From Nitrososphaerota archaeon (GTDB lineage Archaea; Thermoproteota; Nitrososphaeria; Nitrososphaerales; Nitrosopumilaceae): DNA of 64,000 nucleotides. The DNA is taken from contig JAGWFT010000001.1 of the NCBI GenBank assembly GCA_028867755.1, positions 292,727 to 356,726 on the forward strand. The letters run 5' to 3'. The notes under the pieces are model-generated. The model was not told the origin of the DNA, did not search any database, and saw only the letters and a list, made by a program, of their open reading frames with translations. How positions within the stretch are numbered: the stretch's first letter is position 1; every line of letters begins with the position of its first letter. This document shows, piece by piece, positions 29,254-38,802 of the stretch. Position numbers and translations under genes: made by a program.

Positions 29254-30423
29254 ATGGTACGAAAAACAATCTTAGGTTTAGTTTTGACACTAATCCTAAT
29301 AATGCCAACCACAACGATGGTAGCACACGCACAACTAGTACAAACACCACCAACCACACCTCCAGACACAGCAAACATCAAGCTTACTGGTGCAGGTTCA
29401 TCATTTGTATTTCCAATAATGGACAAATGGAGAGTTATGTATCACGGGCTATATCCTGGAGCAACTCTCAACTATGCTTCAGTTGGAAGTGGTGCTGGTA
29501 TAACACAAATGACCAAAAAGACAGTTGACTTCGGAGCTTCCGATGCCCCATTGTCACTGAGTCAACAAAAGGCAGCTCCAAATACGCTAACCTTTGTAGA
29601 TTCAATTGGTGCAATTACGGTGTCGTACAACATACCAAGCGGTGTGATCAAGAATGGTGTTAACCAAATCATACCTAGTGGACTAAAATTAGATGGTCCA
29701 ACTATTGCAAACATCTTCGAGGGCAAGATAATATATTGGAATGATCCGGCCATACAAGCCAATAATCCAGGAATGTATCTGCCACCGGCAAAGATTACAG
29801 TAGTTCACCGTTCTGATGGTTCAGGAACAACATATGCATTCACAGACTACTTGTGCAAGGTTAGTAGTACTTGGAAACATGATATCGGAGAAGGAACCGC
29901 AGTTCCATGGAGATCTGGAATTGGAGGTCCTGGCAATGCAGGCGTTGCACATTATGTCCAAATAACTCCATATTCAATTGGATATGTAGAACTTGCATAT
30001 GCACAACAAAACCATATGTCATATGCAGCTGTTAAAAATGCCGACGGAAACGCATTTTTACTACCAACATTAGATGGAACAAAGGCAGCAGCTAGCACTA
30101 TAACGAGTCTACCTGCCTCAAATGGAGATTGGAGCAAGGTTTCAATCACTAATGCACCGGGAGCTAATTCCTATCCAATTGCTTCATTGACCTACATCAT
30201 GGCATATCAGAACCGCGATACAATAAAGAACACTGACTTGAACAAAGCAAATGCTCTAGTCTCTTTCATATATTGGATCGTAACAGATGGGCAGCAATAT
30301 GCTACAAATCTCTGGTATGTGCAACTTCCTCAAAACATCCAACTGGTTGACATCAACGGACTTCAAATGTTCAAGTACAAAGGACAACAGTTGTGGAACG
30401 ACACGGCCAATTCAGGCACTTAA
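29254..30423 (+). CDS. pstS: Second PstS, without a C-terminal anchor
   Basis: GAGSSF, GSGAG, DFGASDAP, HRSDGSGTT; ends without a TM helix. Confidence 0.95.
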   Translation: MVRKTILGLVLTLILIMPTTTMVAHAQLVQTPPTTPPDTANIKLTGAGSSFVFPIMDKWRVMYHGLYPGATLNYASVGSGAGITQMTKKTVDFGASDAPLSLSQQKAAPNTLTFVDSIGAITVSYNIPSGVIKNGVNQIIPSGLKLDGPTIANIFEGKIIYWNDPAIQANNPGMYLPPAKITVVHRSDGSGTTYAFTDYLCKVSSTWKHDIGEGTAVPWRSGIGGPGNAGVAHYVQITPYSIGYVELAYAQQNHMSYAAVKNADGNAFLLPTLDGTKAAASTITSLPASNGDWSKVSITNAPGANSYPIASLTYIMAYQNRDTIKNTDLNKANALVSFIYWIVTDGQQYATNLWYVQLPQNIQLVDINGLQMFKYKGQQLWNDTANSGT

Positions 30424-30609
30424 ATGCCCTAATTTTTTCATTTTTTTGAATTATATCACTAATGTAAATTATGATATAGTTTCTCGATAACTTGGCAGTA
30501 CCTAAATTATGAACTCAAAAGAAGAAATCATGCGCATATAGAAGCTATGATAACTATTTGCGCTGGATTAAAGTTGCATCTAGAATATCTATAGTGTAGT
30601 GATAGAATC

Positions 30610-30801
30610 GTGCCAGACAAGATCTGCAGAACATGTGGTGAAGAGTTGATCGGATATTCACAGTGCTTTGAATGTAAAAAACCAATACAACATATCTGTA
30701 TAAAATGCGGAAAAAGAACTGTAGAACGACTCCATTTGAGATGTTTTACTCACATAAAGTATGACTTTTCAGTGCCTGCCAATATTTCCTTGGCGGAATG
30801 A
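30610..30801 (+). CDS. Small zinc-ribbon protein
   Basis: CRTC, CFEC, CIKC, H..C. Confidence 0.65.
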   Translation: MPDKICRTCGEELIGYSQCFECKKPIQHICIKCGKRTVERLHLRCFTHIKYDFSVPANISLAE

Positions 30802-30903
30802 TTGATCTTTGACCCTACAGGTTAACTATAGAATACGTTAATTCAATTTTTTTTCATAGCATGATTGTTTCTATGAAATCTATTTTCTACAAAGAAAAAT
30901 ACA

Positions 30904-31464
30904 ATGTCTTTCCATCACAATCTAATGACAAACAAACTGTTTATTCCATCTGGAATCATAGCAATTCTTACGCTACTGTCAATAATTCCAGTAATGCCGG
31001 CATCAGCAGGTGATGCGACAATGCAACAAGTCATCTCTACGAGCATAAACGGATTTGCGTTTACAAATGACAATGGTTGTTGTCCAGACGTGTCGGTTTA
31101 TCTTGGTGGTAACATGGTAACAGGTACAGACGGAACAATAACACTCTCACAACAAAGTGGAAGTATTACAATAGGCTCAACTACCTACAAACTACAATTC
31201 ATACCAAGTGACAAACTGGGAACAGAAATAATTAATGACAATAACTGTTCTTCGGGAATCACTTATCAACAAGATGGAAAGGTTGACTTGATTGGAAACG
31301 ATGGAACAGTAATCAAAGGATCGGGAGTCTATTCTTGGGGTACAGGGCCTAGCTGCTCTGGGGAAAAAAATTCCTTTACTAACTTTAGTGGAAAGATACA
31401 AGACTCTGTAGGTCAGACTTCGGAATTCTACACTGGTACAGATCTATTACCAAACATTCAGTAA
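30904..31464 (+). CDS. Exported hypothetical protein
   Basis: Hydrophobic signal ending PASA; T/G/S-rich beta-strand content. Confidence 0.6.
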   Translation: MSFHHNLMTNKLFIPSGIIAILTLLSIIPVMPASAGDATMQQVISTSINGFAFTNDNGCCPDVSVYLGGNMVTGTDGTITLSQQSGSITIGSTTYKLQFIPSDKLGTEIINDNNCSSGITYQQDGKVDLIGNDGTVIKGSGVYSWGTGPSCSGEKNSFTNFSGKIQDSVGQTSEFYTGTDLLPNIQ

Positions 31465-31525
31465 ATTTCCTACTTTTCTTTTTTTCTATACAGATTCATG
31501 TTACAACTAACGAATTGTTCCATTA

Positions 31526-32059
31526 GTGATCTTTTTTAAAGAAGCAAGTGAGATCTCGACAGTGGACGGACTCTTAATTGGCAGATTCCAGCCATTTCAC
31601 ATTGGACATCTATCGGCTGTCAAATTTGCCCTCTCAAAGGTAGAAAACCTCTGGATAGGAATAGGAAGCTCAAACAAGAGCAATGAAAAAAGGAATCCAT
31701 TTACTGCAGACGAAAGAAAAGAGATGATTCTCTCCTCGCTTGACCCTCAAATTGCGAAGAAGATCCAAGTGTATTATGTTCCAGACACAGGAGACCATGA
31801 TAAATGGACATACCATGTTGATTCAATCGTACCAAAGTATGATGTTGTGTTTTCAAATGATGACTTTACCTTATCCCTTTACCAAAAAAGAGGAATAGAG
31901 GTAATTCCCGTTCCATTGTTGCAAAGGGAGATGGTTTCTGGCACAAACATACGGGAAATGATCGCTAGGGAAAAAGATTGGTACAGTCTGGTTCCAGAAG
32001 GAACCAAGAATGTTCTAATGAAGATAGGCACCAAGGAAAGACTATCCAAAATCCTGTAA
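31526..32059 (+). CDS. nadM: Nicotinamide-nucleotide adenylyltransferase
   Basis: IGRFQPFHIGH, NPFTADER, VSGTNIR. Confidence 0.9.
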   Translation: MIFFKEASEISTVDGLLIGRFQPFHIGHLSAVKFALSKVENLWIGIGSSNKSNEKRNPFTADERKEMILSSLDPQIAKKIQVYYVPDTGDHDKWTYHVDSIVPKYDVVFSNDDFTLSLYQKRGIEVIPVPLLQREMVSGTNIREMIAREKDWYSLVPEGTKNVLMKIGTKERLSKIL

Positions 32060-32101
32060 TTATAAATAATGGTCATTAATTTTAGGGAATAGAGAATTTA
32101 T

Positions 32102-33250
32102 TTGGAATATCTAGTAATGTTGCCCGGACCAACAAATGTCCCGGAAAGAGTAACACGTGCGATGTTTACTCACATGATAAATCACAGGAGTAAGGATTTT
32201 GTAAAATTATACGCTGATGTAGTTGAAAAGACCCAGAAAGTTTTTGATACAACAGGCGATGTTGTTGCACTGAGTGCTTCTGGTACCGGTGCAGTCGAGG
32301 CTTCTGTTGTAAACATGATCAAAAAAGGCGATAAGGTAATCATTCCAGTTAACGGCGAGTTTAGTTCAAGGCTTGCAACCATGCTAGAATGGGCAGGTGC
32401 AACTGTTGTACGCCTTACCACGCCATTTGGACAGAACGCAAGCTTTGATCAAGTAAAAGAGGCATTTGACAACAACAAGGATGTCAAGGCATTCTATGTG
32501 GTATGGAACGAGACCTCAACTGGAACAATGGTAAAATATCTAGACAAAGTTTCAAGTCTTACTGCAAGAAATGACTCGTTCTTTGTAGTTGACGGTGTAT
32601 CAATAGTTGGTGGCGAGGAACTACACATGGACAAGTGGGGAATAGATGTATGTGTTACAGGAGCACAAAAGGCTCTGGCAGCTCCACCAGGAATTTCACC
32701 AATTGCAGTAAGTCCAAAGGCAAAAAAACACATGATTGCAAACCAACCACCTACATTCTACTTTAACATGGCACGATACTTCAAGTATTACGACGAAAAC
32801 AAGGAGACTCCATTTACTCCTGCAATACCTCTGCTCTATGCATACAAAGAGGCACTAGACATGATCTTGGAGGAGGGAATGGACAAGAGAGTACATAGGC
32901 ACAGAGTTTGCTCTGATGCATTTTACAGCGGCCTTAGTGCACTTGGTCTTACGCCATTTGCAAAAGAAGATGCACGATCTACAGTTGTCATTGCACTAAA
33001 CTATCTGCAAGGACTGGATGACAAAACTTTCAGAGGAACATTATCTGAAAAATTCCGAGTTCTAGTTGCAGGTGGATTTGGTGAATTGAAAGGAAAGGTG
33101 TTCAGAGTTGGTTGCATGGGAGAAGTCAGCAAGTATCATGTCATGAGAACTATTTCTGCAATTCACTCAACTCTTGATATGATGGGCTACAAGACAAATC
33201 CAGAAGCACTCAAAGTAGCTGAAGAGAAACTAAAAGCATTTGCTGTATAG
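32102..33250 (+). CDS. Class V PLP aminotransferase (serine-pyruvate/aspartate type)
   Basis: MLPGPTNVP, NETSTG, DGVS, GAQKALAAPPG, FRVGCMG. Confidence 0.92.
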   Translation: MEYLVMLPGPTNVPERVTRAMFTHMINHRSKDFVKLYADVVEKTQKVFDTTGDVVALSASGTGAVEASVVNMIKKGDKVIIPVNGEFSSRLATMLEWAGATVVRLTTPFGQNASFDQVKEAFDNNKDVKAFYVVWNETSTGTMVKYLDKVSSLTARNDSFFVVDGVSIVGGEELHMDKWGIDVCVTGAQKALAAPPGISPIAVSPKAKKHMIANQPPTFYFNMARYFKYYDENKETPFTPAIPLLYAYKEALDMILEEGMDKRVHRHRVCSDAFYSGLSALGLTPFAKEDARSTVVIALNYLQGLDDKTFRGTLSEKFRVLVAGGFGELKGKVFRVGCMGEVSKYHVMRTISAIHSTLDMMGYKTNPEALKVAEEKLKAFAV

Positions 33251-33419
33251 AACGAAAAATAAATTACCCAAACCACTCCTTACCACCATTAATTCGTAAT
33301 CTACAAAACGTTTTTTCATTTAGAATAAGGCAAAAATAAGATAAATTTTTTCTTGTCTGATATAAAATCAGTAAATTACATATTTTATAATCTGATATAT
33401 ATTCAAGAATATTGCATCC

Positions 33420-34013
33420 ATGTGGGTGCCACAAACAAAGCCAATAGTGGAGATTGTAAACGTAGTTGCTTCTGCATCAGTTGATCAAAAAATTGATCTC
33501 AATGAAATTACAAGAAAATTTCCAGAAGCTGAATATCATCCAGAACAATTTCCCGGTCTTGTCTTCCGATTGAAATCTCCAAAAACTGCCACTCTCATAT
33601 TTAGTTCAGGTAAGTTTGTCTGTACGGGTTCAAAATCAGAAAAAAGCGCGATTAATGCAATAAAAACTGTAGTAAAATTGCTTCGAGAAGCCAAAATAAA
33701 GATAAAAAACGATCCAACTATAACCATTCAAAATATTGTTGCATCAGTAGATCTTGGTGGCGGGGTCCATCTGCCTCTTGCTGCAAGAAGCCTCCCAAGA
33801 AGTATGTATGAGCCAGAACAATTTCCAGGTATCATACACAGGATGCTTGACCCCAAAACCGTAACTCTAATCTTTGTTTCTGGAAAACTTGTATGTGCTG
33901 GAGCGCGAAATGAAACAGATGTACACAGGTCAGTTCATTATCTGCATACATATCTTGAGGAAAAGAAGCTGATGAGATATCAGGATCAACCTGCTCAAAT
34001 TCTAAAAACCTAG
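33420..34013 (+). CDS. tbp: TATA-box binding protein (diverged paralogue)
   Basis: Two repeats: NVVAS..YHPEQFPGL..LIF.SGK.VCTG and NIVAS..YEPEQFPG..LIF.SGKLVC.G. Confidence 0.95.
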   Translation: MWVPQTKPIVEIVNVVASASVDQKIDLNEITRKFPEAEYHPEQFPGLVFRLKSPKTATLIFSSGKFVCTGSKSEKSAINAIKTVVKLLREAKIKIKNDPTITIQNIVASVDLGGGVHLPLAARSLPRSMYEPEQFPGIIHRMLDPKTVTLIFVSGKLVCAGARNETDVHRSVHYLHTYLEEKKLMRYQDQPAQILKT

Positions 34014-34043
34014 ATCAAGCAAGAAAAACATCTGCAAATATAT

Positions 34044-34223
34044 CTAAACCCTCTTTTGGTGCATAGTTGACAACTGGGAATCTCTGATAACTATACTGTG
34101 TCCATAAAATTCATGCAAGCCACAATACTGATTTGCAATTTTTGCAAGTGATTTTTCATTATAATATTTTTCATTGTATAGGCCAAATGACTTGTTGCAA
34201 TTGAGACAGAATATCTCCTTCAA
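34044..34223 (-). CDS. Small Zn-finger-like protein, 59 aa (below the ORF-track cutoff)
   Basis: My translation from TTG: MKEIFCLNCNKSFGLYNEKYYNEKSLAKIANQYCGLHEFYGHSIVIRDSQLSTMHQKRV; CxxC...H...H; co-directional with the two upstream genes. Confidence 0.6.
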   Translation of the reverse strand: MKEIFCLNCNKSFGLYNEKYYNEKSLAKIANQYCGLHEFYGHSIVIRDSQLSTMHQKRV

Positions 34224-34273
34224 ATCAGAATCAGCTCATTTCTTTTTTGTCATCAGGCCCAAAAGAAATCTTT

Positions 34274-34696
34274 CTATGAACTCTTTTCACAATTGGTTAC
34301 TCCAATTGCTCCATGAACTCCCATGATGTAATTTACAATAGGAATAGGTTTGATAAATTGAATTGTCTTTTTTGGAAAATTATCTACTGCGATATCAAAT
34401 TTAATATCTCTCAAGGTCTCAGGTACTCCAATTAAAACATCATTCTGTGTTAAAACCTTTGATGAGTTATTTGTTATGTTAGAATCTGATCTTCTTGATC
34501 TAATCTCGCTTACAAGATAAGCGCAATAAGCCAGTAAAGCCTCATGAACATTTAGTCTGAGATTTCTAGATAGCTTATTCTTTATCATTTCTATTACATT
34601 TAAAAAAATTGGTTCATCTTGATCTGAGAATTCAAAAAACTTGGTAAAAGGAGTAACGTCTGGCTCTCCTTTTACCAATACTTGGATACTGATCAA
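34274..34696 (-). CDS. Stand-alone urease gamma-subunit-like protein
   Basis: LRLNVHEAL...EIRS....VLTQNDVLIGVPETL...PIP aligns by eye with UreA at 43626 (LKLNYVEAL...GARD...[15 protein letters not shown]...DPI). Confidence 0.75.
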   Translation of the reverse strand: MISIQVLVKGEPDVTPFTKFFEFSDQDEPIFLNVIEMIKNKLSRNLRLNVHEALLAYCAYLVSEIRSRRSDSNITNNSSKVLTQNDVLIGVPETLRDIKFDIAVDNFPKKTIQFIKPIPIVNYIMGVHGAIGVTNCEKSS

Positions 34697-35811
34697 TTTC
34701 TTTTTGGAATCTTTGCTTTTGGACCGTTGCCAAAGTCATAGGTGTGGTTTTTGCCACGATATTGCCTTGGTCTTACTGGGCTGCCATTTTGTACACCCTT
34801 CTTTGTAAGAGATAGTCCAGCCAATAGTTCTACTATTAGTCGGTTTGCAAGGCCAGAAGTGATTCCACCGTTATAGGAATTACCGTCACTTACGTCGTAG
34901 TTGGGAGCTACTTCCACTAGATCAAATGCAAACTTGTCGGGGTCAAATGAGGTGGAAAGTAATCTCATCAATCTCATTCCTTCCCTAGATGTCAAGCCGT
35001 TGGGTTCTGGTTCTCCAGTTCCTGGAGCATATGCGGGATCAAATGTGTCTATATCCCAGCTAATGTAAACTGCGTCGACATTATCATTTGCTCTGTCTGC
35101 AGCTTCTTTTGCAATTTGGTCTATACCAAGTTCTTCTACATCAAGCATGGTAAACCATTGAAAGTCTTGGTCTGCCATCCATTTGTAGAGATCTGGGCCT
35201 GGCCAGTATCCACGAGGTCCTATCAAGGTGTAATTCTTACCCTTCAAACAACCTAGTTCCATAATTCGTCGTATGTGTGCCCCGTGATCATACTTGAAAC
35301 CACATAGGCCTTGTGGGGCACAATCAGCGTGAGTATCAATGTGAATCATTCCGATATTCTTGTATTTCTTTGCAAAGGCTCTTACATTTGCAAAGGTAAT
35401 GGAATGATCACCGCCAAGCATGACTGGGATGCCGTCTATGTCTAAAACTTCTTTGACCTTATCAGTCATCCTTCTATGGGATTCGACCACATCGCCTGGC
35501 GAAATGTTAACGTCACCATAATCAATTGTTCTAAATACTCCAAAAGGATCAACTCCTGTTTCAATGTTAAAATGCTCGTATGGTGGAGATGGCACTGTAG
35601 AAGCTGCTCTTATAGCTCTGGGTCCATATCTTGCACCTGGTCTAATAGTCGTTCCAAAATCAAAGGGCTCTCCTATTATTGCTACATCTGGTCGTATCTT
35701 TTCTAACTCTGCCTTGCTTCTTAGCCAGGGCAATTTCAAGAACGTAGGAATACCTACAAAAATTGGTTCGTCATTGCCTCTGTATGAATCTCCATAAAAT
35801 TCCATTCCCAT
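34693..35811 (-). CDS. Ureohydrolase (arginase/agmatinase superfamily), substrate uncertain
   Basis: GGDHS, DTHAD, SWDID metal ligands; RPGARYGP; APGTG.PEP.G; DLVEVAP.YD. Confidence 0.92.
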   Translation of the reverse strand: MGMEFYGDSYRGNDEPIFVGIPTFLKLPWLRSKAELEKIRPDVAIIGEPFDFGTTIRPGARYGPRAIRAASTVPSPPYEHFNIETGVDPFGVFRTIDYGDVNISPGDVVESHRRMTDKVKEVLDIDGIPVMLGGDHSITFANVRAFAKKYKNIGMIHIDTHADCAPQGLCGFKYDHGAHIRRIMELGCLKGKNYTLIGPRGYWPGPDLYKWMADQDFQWFTMLDVEELGIDQIAKEAADRANDNVDAVYISWDIDTFDPAYAPGTGEPEPNGLTSREGMRLMRLLSTSFDPDKFAFDLVEVAPNYDVSDGNSYNGGITSGLANRLIVELLAGLSLTKKGVQNGSPVRPRQYRGKNHTYDFGNGPKAKIPKRN

Positions 35812-35878
35812 GTTTATCGCATTAGTAATACGTTAGTACATACTTAAATTTGTCTAAGTAATCTACGTTTTTAATTTA

Positions 35879-35893
35879 GTTCTACCGTCGAAC
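35879..35893. promoter_or_regulatory. GTTCGA-N3-TCGAAC palindrome, copy 1
   Basis: GTTCTA-CCG-TCGAAC (one mismatch), 68 nt upstream of the ureohydrolase start. Confidence 0.55.
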
Positions 35894-36036
35894 TTTTTCC
35901 TGTTTGACTCTTGGATTACAACCATAGCTACGTAATCTACGTGCAATAAACAAGAAACACCACAAGAATCATTTTAACATAATGAAAATTTATATCAAAA
36001 TAAAATTTTAAATATATTAGAATTAATAATAGTTGG

Positions 36037-36177
36037 ATGGCAACTGATTTAACTGAAGTTTATGCAATATTTGCAGCAATTCTTGCTGCCTCGGGATTCT
36101 TCTTGTTCTTGGGAACAATTGGAATAAAAGGAGACAAAAAAGAAGACCAATTGCACAAATCAGAAGAAAATACCTAA
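36037..36177 (+). CDS. Small single-pass membrane protein, 46 aa (below the ORF-track cutoff)
   Basis: My translation: MATDLTEVYAIFAAILAASGFFLFLGTIGIKGDKKEDQLHKSEENT. Confidence 0.55.
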   Translation: MATDLTEVYAIFAAILAASGFFLFLGTIGIKGDKKEDQLHKSEENT

Positions 36178-36228
36178 AATTTTCTTATACATATACTATT
36201 TTAAACTACATCTGCAAATGATAATGAT

Positions 36229-36750
36229 ATGATATTTCACTGGTTCAAAAAAAATCAACCAGAACTTCCGCCTACTATAGAATACAAGAAAGCTTCTTCT
36301 AAAAAAGAAGCCTCTGAAGATCTAGTAAAAATGGGTGAAGATGCAGCAAACAAAGCCAATTACGAACACGCTTTGAGGTATTTTGAGAAAGCCATAGAGA
36401 TGAACTCAAAAAATGATTTTGCCTGGGGAGACCGTGGGCTCATGCTAGATAAGCTAGGCAAAAGAGATGAGGCAATTGAATCATTTTCCAAGGCATTAGC
36501 GATAGATTCATCCAATGCCATAACTTGGCATAACAAAGGATTGATGCTCATAAAATCAAATAAGCTTGAGGAGGCCATAGAATGTTTTGATAAATCCATT
36601 GAATTAAATGGAAAATATGCAAAAGCGTATTATAACAGAGGCCGTGCCCTGGCCCTCTTAGGAAATGAAAAGGAGGGTCAAAAGAGCTTTGATACTGCAA
36701 AAAGGCTAGATCCTCTGCTATATACCAAACTTAAGAAAATGAAATCGTAA
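36229..36750 (+). CDS. TPR-repeat protein
   Basis: Successive 34-aa repeats (AWGDRG..., TWHNKG..., AYYNRG...). Confidence 0.9.
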   Translation: MIFHWFKKNQPELPPTIEYKKASSKKEASEDLVKMGEDAANKANYEHALRYFEKAIEMNSKNDFAWGDRGLMLDKLGKRDEAIESFSKALAIDSSNAITWHNKGLMLIKSNKLEEAIECFDKSIELNGKYAKAYYNRGRALALLGNEKEGQKSFDTAKRLDPLLYTKLKKMKS

Positions 36751-36826
36751 ATTTTTTTGGCAATAATAAGCATGCTCTTCAAACATCAAGAAATTTTTAA
36801 ATAAAAACAAATCTAAAAACGCACAA

Positions 36827-37009
36827 TTGTTTGGAAAAAGCTATGGATGTGGTGCATGTGGTATGCGATTCAAATATCGTGATGAGTTGGTCAAGCATGC
36901 ACAAGACATCCATGACAAAAAGACCACATATTTGTGCATCACATGTGATGAATCTTATGAAAACGAGTCATCTTTTATGTTACACATGGCACGCGAACAT
37001 AGAGTTTGA
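36827..37009 (+). CDS. Tandem C2H2 zinc-finger protein
   Basis: CGAC...F....L..H...IH and CITC...Y.....F..H...EH. Confidence 0.8.
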   Translation: MFGKSYGCGACGMRFKYRDELVKHAQDIHDKKTTYLCITCDESYENESSFMLHMAREHRV

Positions 37010-37103
37010 GCATTTTTTTGTTTTTGAAAGATTGGATTATTTTTGATATCAACACAAAAAATGATTTCACATTAAAAAATTAACCCGTGTTAGAAGCTTC
37101 TCT

Positions 37104-37118
37104 GTTCGACTGTCGAAA
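37104..37118. promoter_or_regulatory. GTTCGA-N3-TCGAAC palindrome, copy 2
   Basis: GTTCGA-CTG-TCGAAA, about 50 nt upstream of the symporter start. Confidence 0.6.
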
Positions 37119-37169
37119 TTTAGTGCAATTCCGACATATTTAATAATATATATTTACTAATCATGGGGG

Positions 37170-38759
37170 ATGGGAGACATTCCAATCGCGTATCCTATAG
37201 TGGTGCTCGCATTTGTAGCAGCAACTGCTGCTATTGGAGTTCTCGCAGTAAAATTCGTTAAAAGAAGTAGCAAGCGCTACATTGTGGCAGGCAAAAGCTT
37301 GCCACTATTTTTTATCGGTACAATGCTAGTGTCTGAAGCTGTTGATGGAAATGCTTCGCTTGGAAACGTTTCAGCTACTTTTGGAGGCGGATTCTGGGCA
37401 GGAGCGACCATACCGCTTGGTTTGGCTATTTGTCTTGTCTTAACTGGGGCCTTTTTTGGAAAAAGATTCAATAGAATGTCCATGATCACACTTGCAGATT
37501 TCTACTATAGGCGATATGGAAACACGACCGAAGTAATGTCAGGAACACTCATGGCAGTAAGTTTCATTGTTCTTGTTGCAGGAAACCTGGGTGCAAGTGG
37601 CTACATTTTGTCTGTGTTACTTGGAATACCTTTGATTTATGCAATGTTGATTTCCACTGCTGTAGTATTACTGTATACTTATTTTGGAGGTTTGTTCTCC
37701 TGTGCTTATACCGACATATTTCACATTTATCTTGCAATAATAGGATTTTGGGCCGGCTTTCTCTACTTTATCGGCCCATGGTCGCCAATTCCTGGAGGAC
37801 TAGAGACCATAGTTGCAAATGCACCTGGTAACTTCATGGACATGTCTGGTCTATACGATCTCGGTAATGGCGCGTTACCAAATTGGGCAACTCTAATATC
37901 GCTAGGGGTTGGGGACCTTGTCGCATTAGATTTCATGGAAAGAGTATTTGCAGCAGATGGTGGAAGGACTGCTCAAAAGAGTTGCTATTTTGGAGCAGGC
38001 TTGACGTTGTTATTCATAATCCCTACTACAATGGTAGGAATAATTGGAATGACTTTGGAGCCAAGCCTTACTGATTCCTACACACTCTTTCCAATTGTAG
38101 CAATAAAACATGCACCTATGGTTATAGGCATCTTGATGCTTGTAAGTACAATAAGTTGCGGCATGTCAACTGCAAACGGAGGTACATTAGCTATTGCTAG
38201 TGTACTATCAAGAAACTTTTTGCAACGCAATATCTTAAGGCTAATGAAGAAACAAAAATACAATGATAGGCAGTTGTTACTTGCCACAAGGCTTCTTGTA
38301 ATTCCTATGTTCTTTACCGCTTTTGCCCTAGGCGATCTGATTCCAAGACCTGGCTATTACCTCATACTTGCATTTGATATTGTGTTAGCAGGATGTCTAG
38401 TACCACTAGTTTTTGGAACGTATTGGAAGAAATCTACAGCTTCTGGTGCAGTAGCATGTATCGCAATAGGCACTGGACTGAGAATATTCCTATTCTTCCT
38501 CATCACAATCGCACCAGCTGGTAGCCCCTATCTAGCCTATTCGGGACTTGACACCATTATTCCACCATTGATATCGTTACCAATATTCATACTCGTAAGT
38601 CTGGCAACACAAAAGAAGACACCGCCACGACACGATGTAGTGTATCTCATTCCAAGCGACATGGATGTAGTTACTGGTAGTGATGTGAAAGACTGGGTCA
38701 ATCCAATAGACATGAGAATAGTTGACAGCAAGGGCGGCGCTAAGAGAGATCCGGTATAG
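37170..38759 (+). CDS. Sodium:solute symporter (SSS family)
   Basis: YIVAGKSL, TLADFYYRRYG, YTYFGG..S..YTD, FGTYWKK....GA; about 13 TM helices. Confidence 0.92.
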   Translation: MGDIPIAYPIVVLAFVAATAAIGVLAVKFVKRSSKRYIVAGKSLPLFFIGTMLVSEAVDGNASLGNVSATFGGGFWAGATIPLGLAICLVLTGAFFGKRFNRMSMITLADFYYRRYGNTTEVMSGTLMAVSFIVLVAGNLGASGYILSVLLGIPLIYAMLISTAVVLLYTYFGGLFSCAYTDIFHIYLAIIGFWAGFLYFIGPWSPIPGGLETIVANAPGNFMDMSGLYDLGNGALPNWATLISLGVGDLVALDFMERVFAADGGRTAQKSCYFGAGLTLLFIIPTTMVGIIGMTLEPSLTDSYTLFPIVAIKHAPMVIGILMLVSTISCGMSTANGGTLAIASVLSRNFLQRNILRLMKKQKYNDRQLLLATRLLVIPMFFTAFALGDLIPRPGYYLILAFDIVLAGCLVPLVFGTYWKKSTASGAVACIAIGTGLRIFLFFLITIAPAGSPYLAYSGLDTIIPPLISLPIFILVSLATQKKTPPRHDVVYLIPSDMDVVTGSDVKDWVNPIDMRIVDSKGGAKRDPV

Positions 38760-38802
38760 GGTGTTTGGAAAAATGAAACAAAGGAGGCTAGTAAAGTAAA
38801 AC

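Noticed and set aside
34693-35811. Naming the gene speB or gdmH
   Set aside because: Specificity loops match neither pattern as I recall them, and no hypA/hypB-type chaperones are adjacent; left at family level.
37170-38759. Calling the symporter the urea transporter DUR3
   Set aside because: Only general SSS motifs are recognisable; proximity to urease is not enough.
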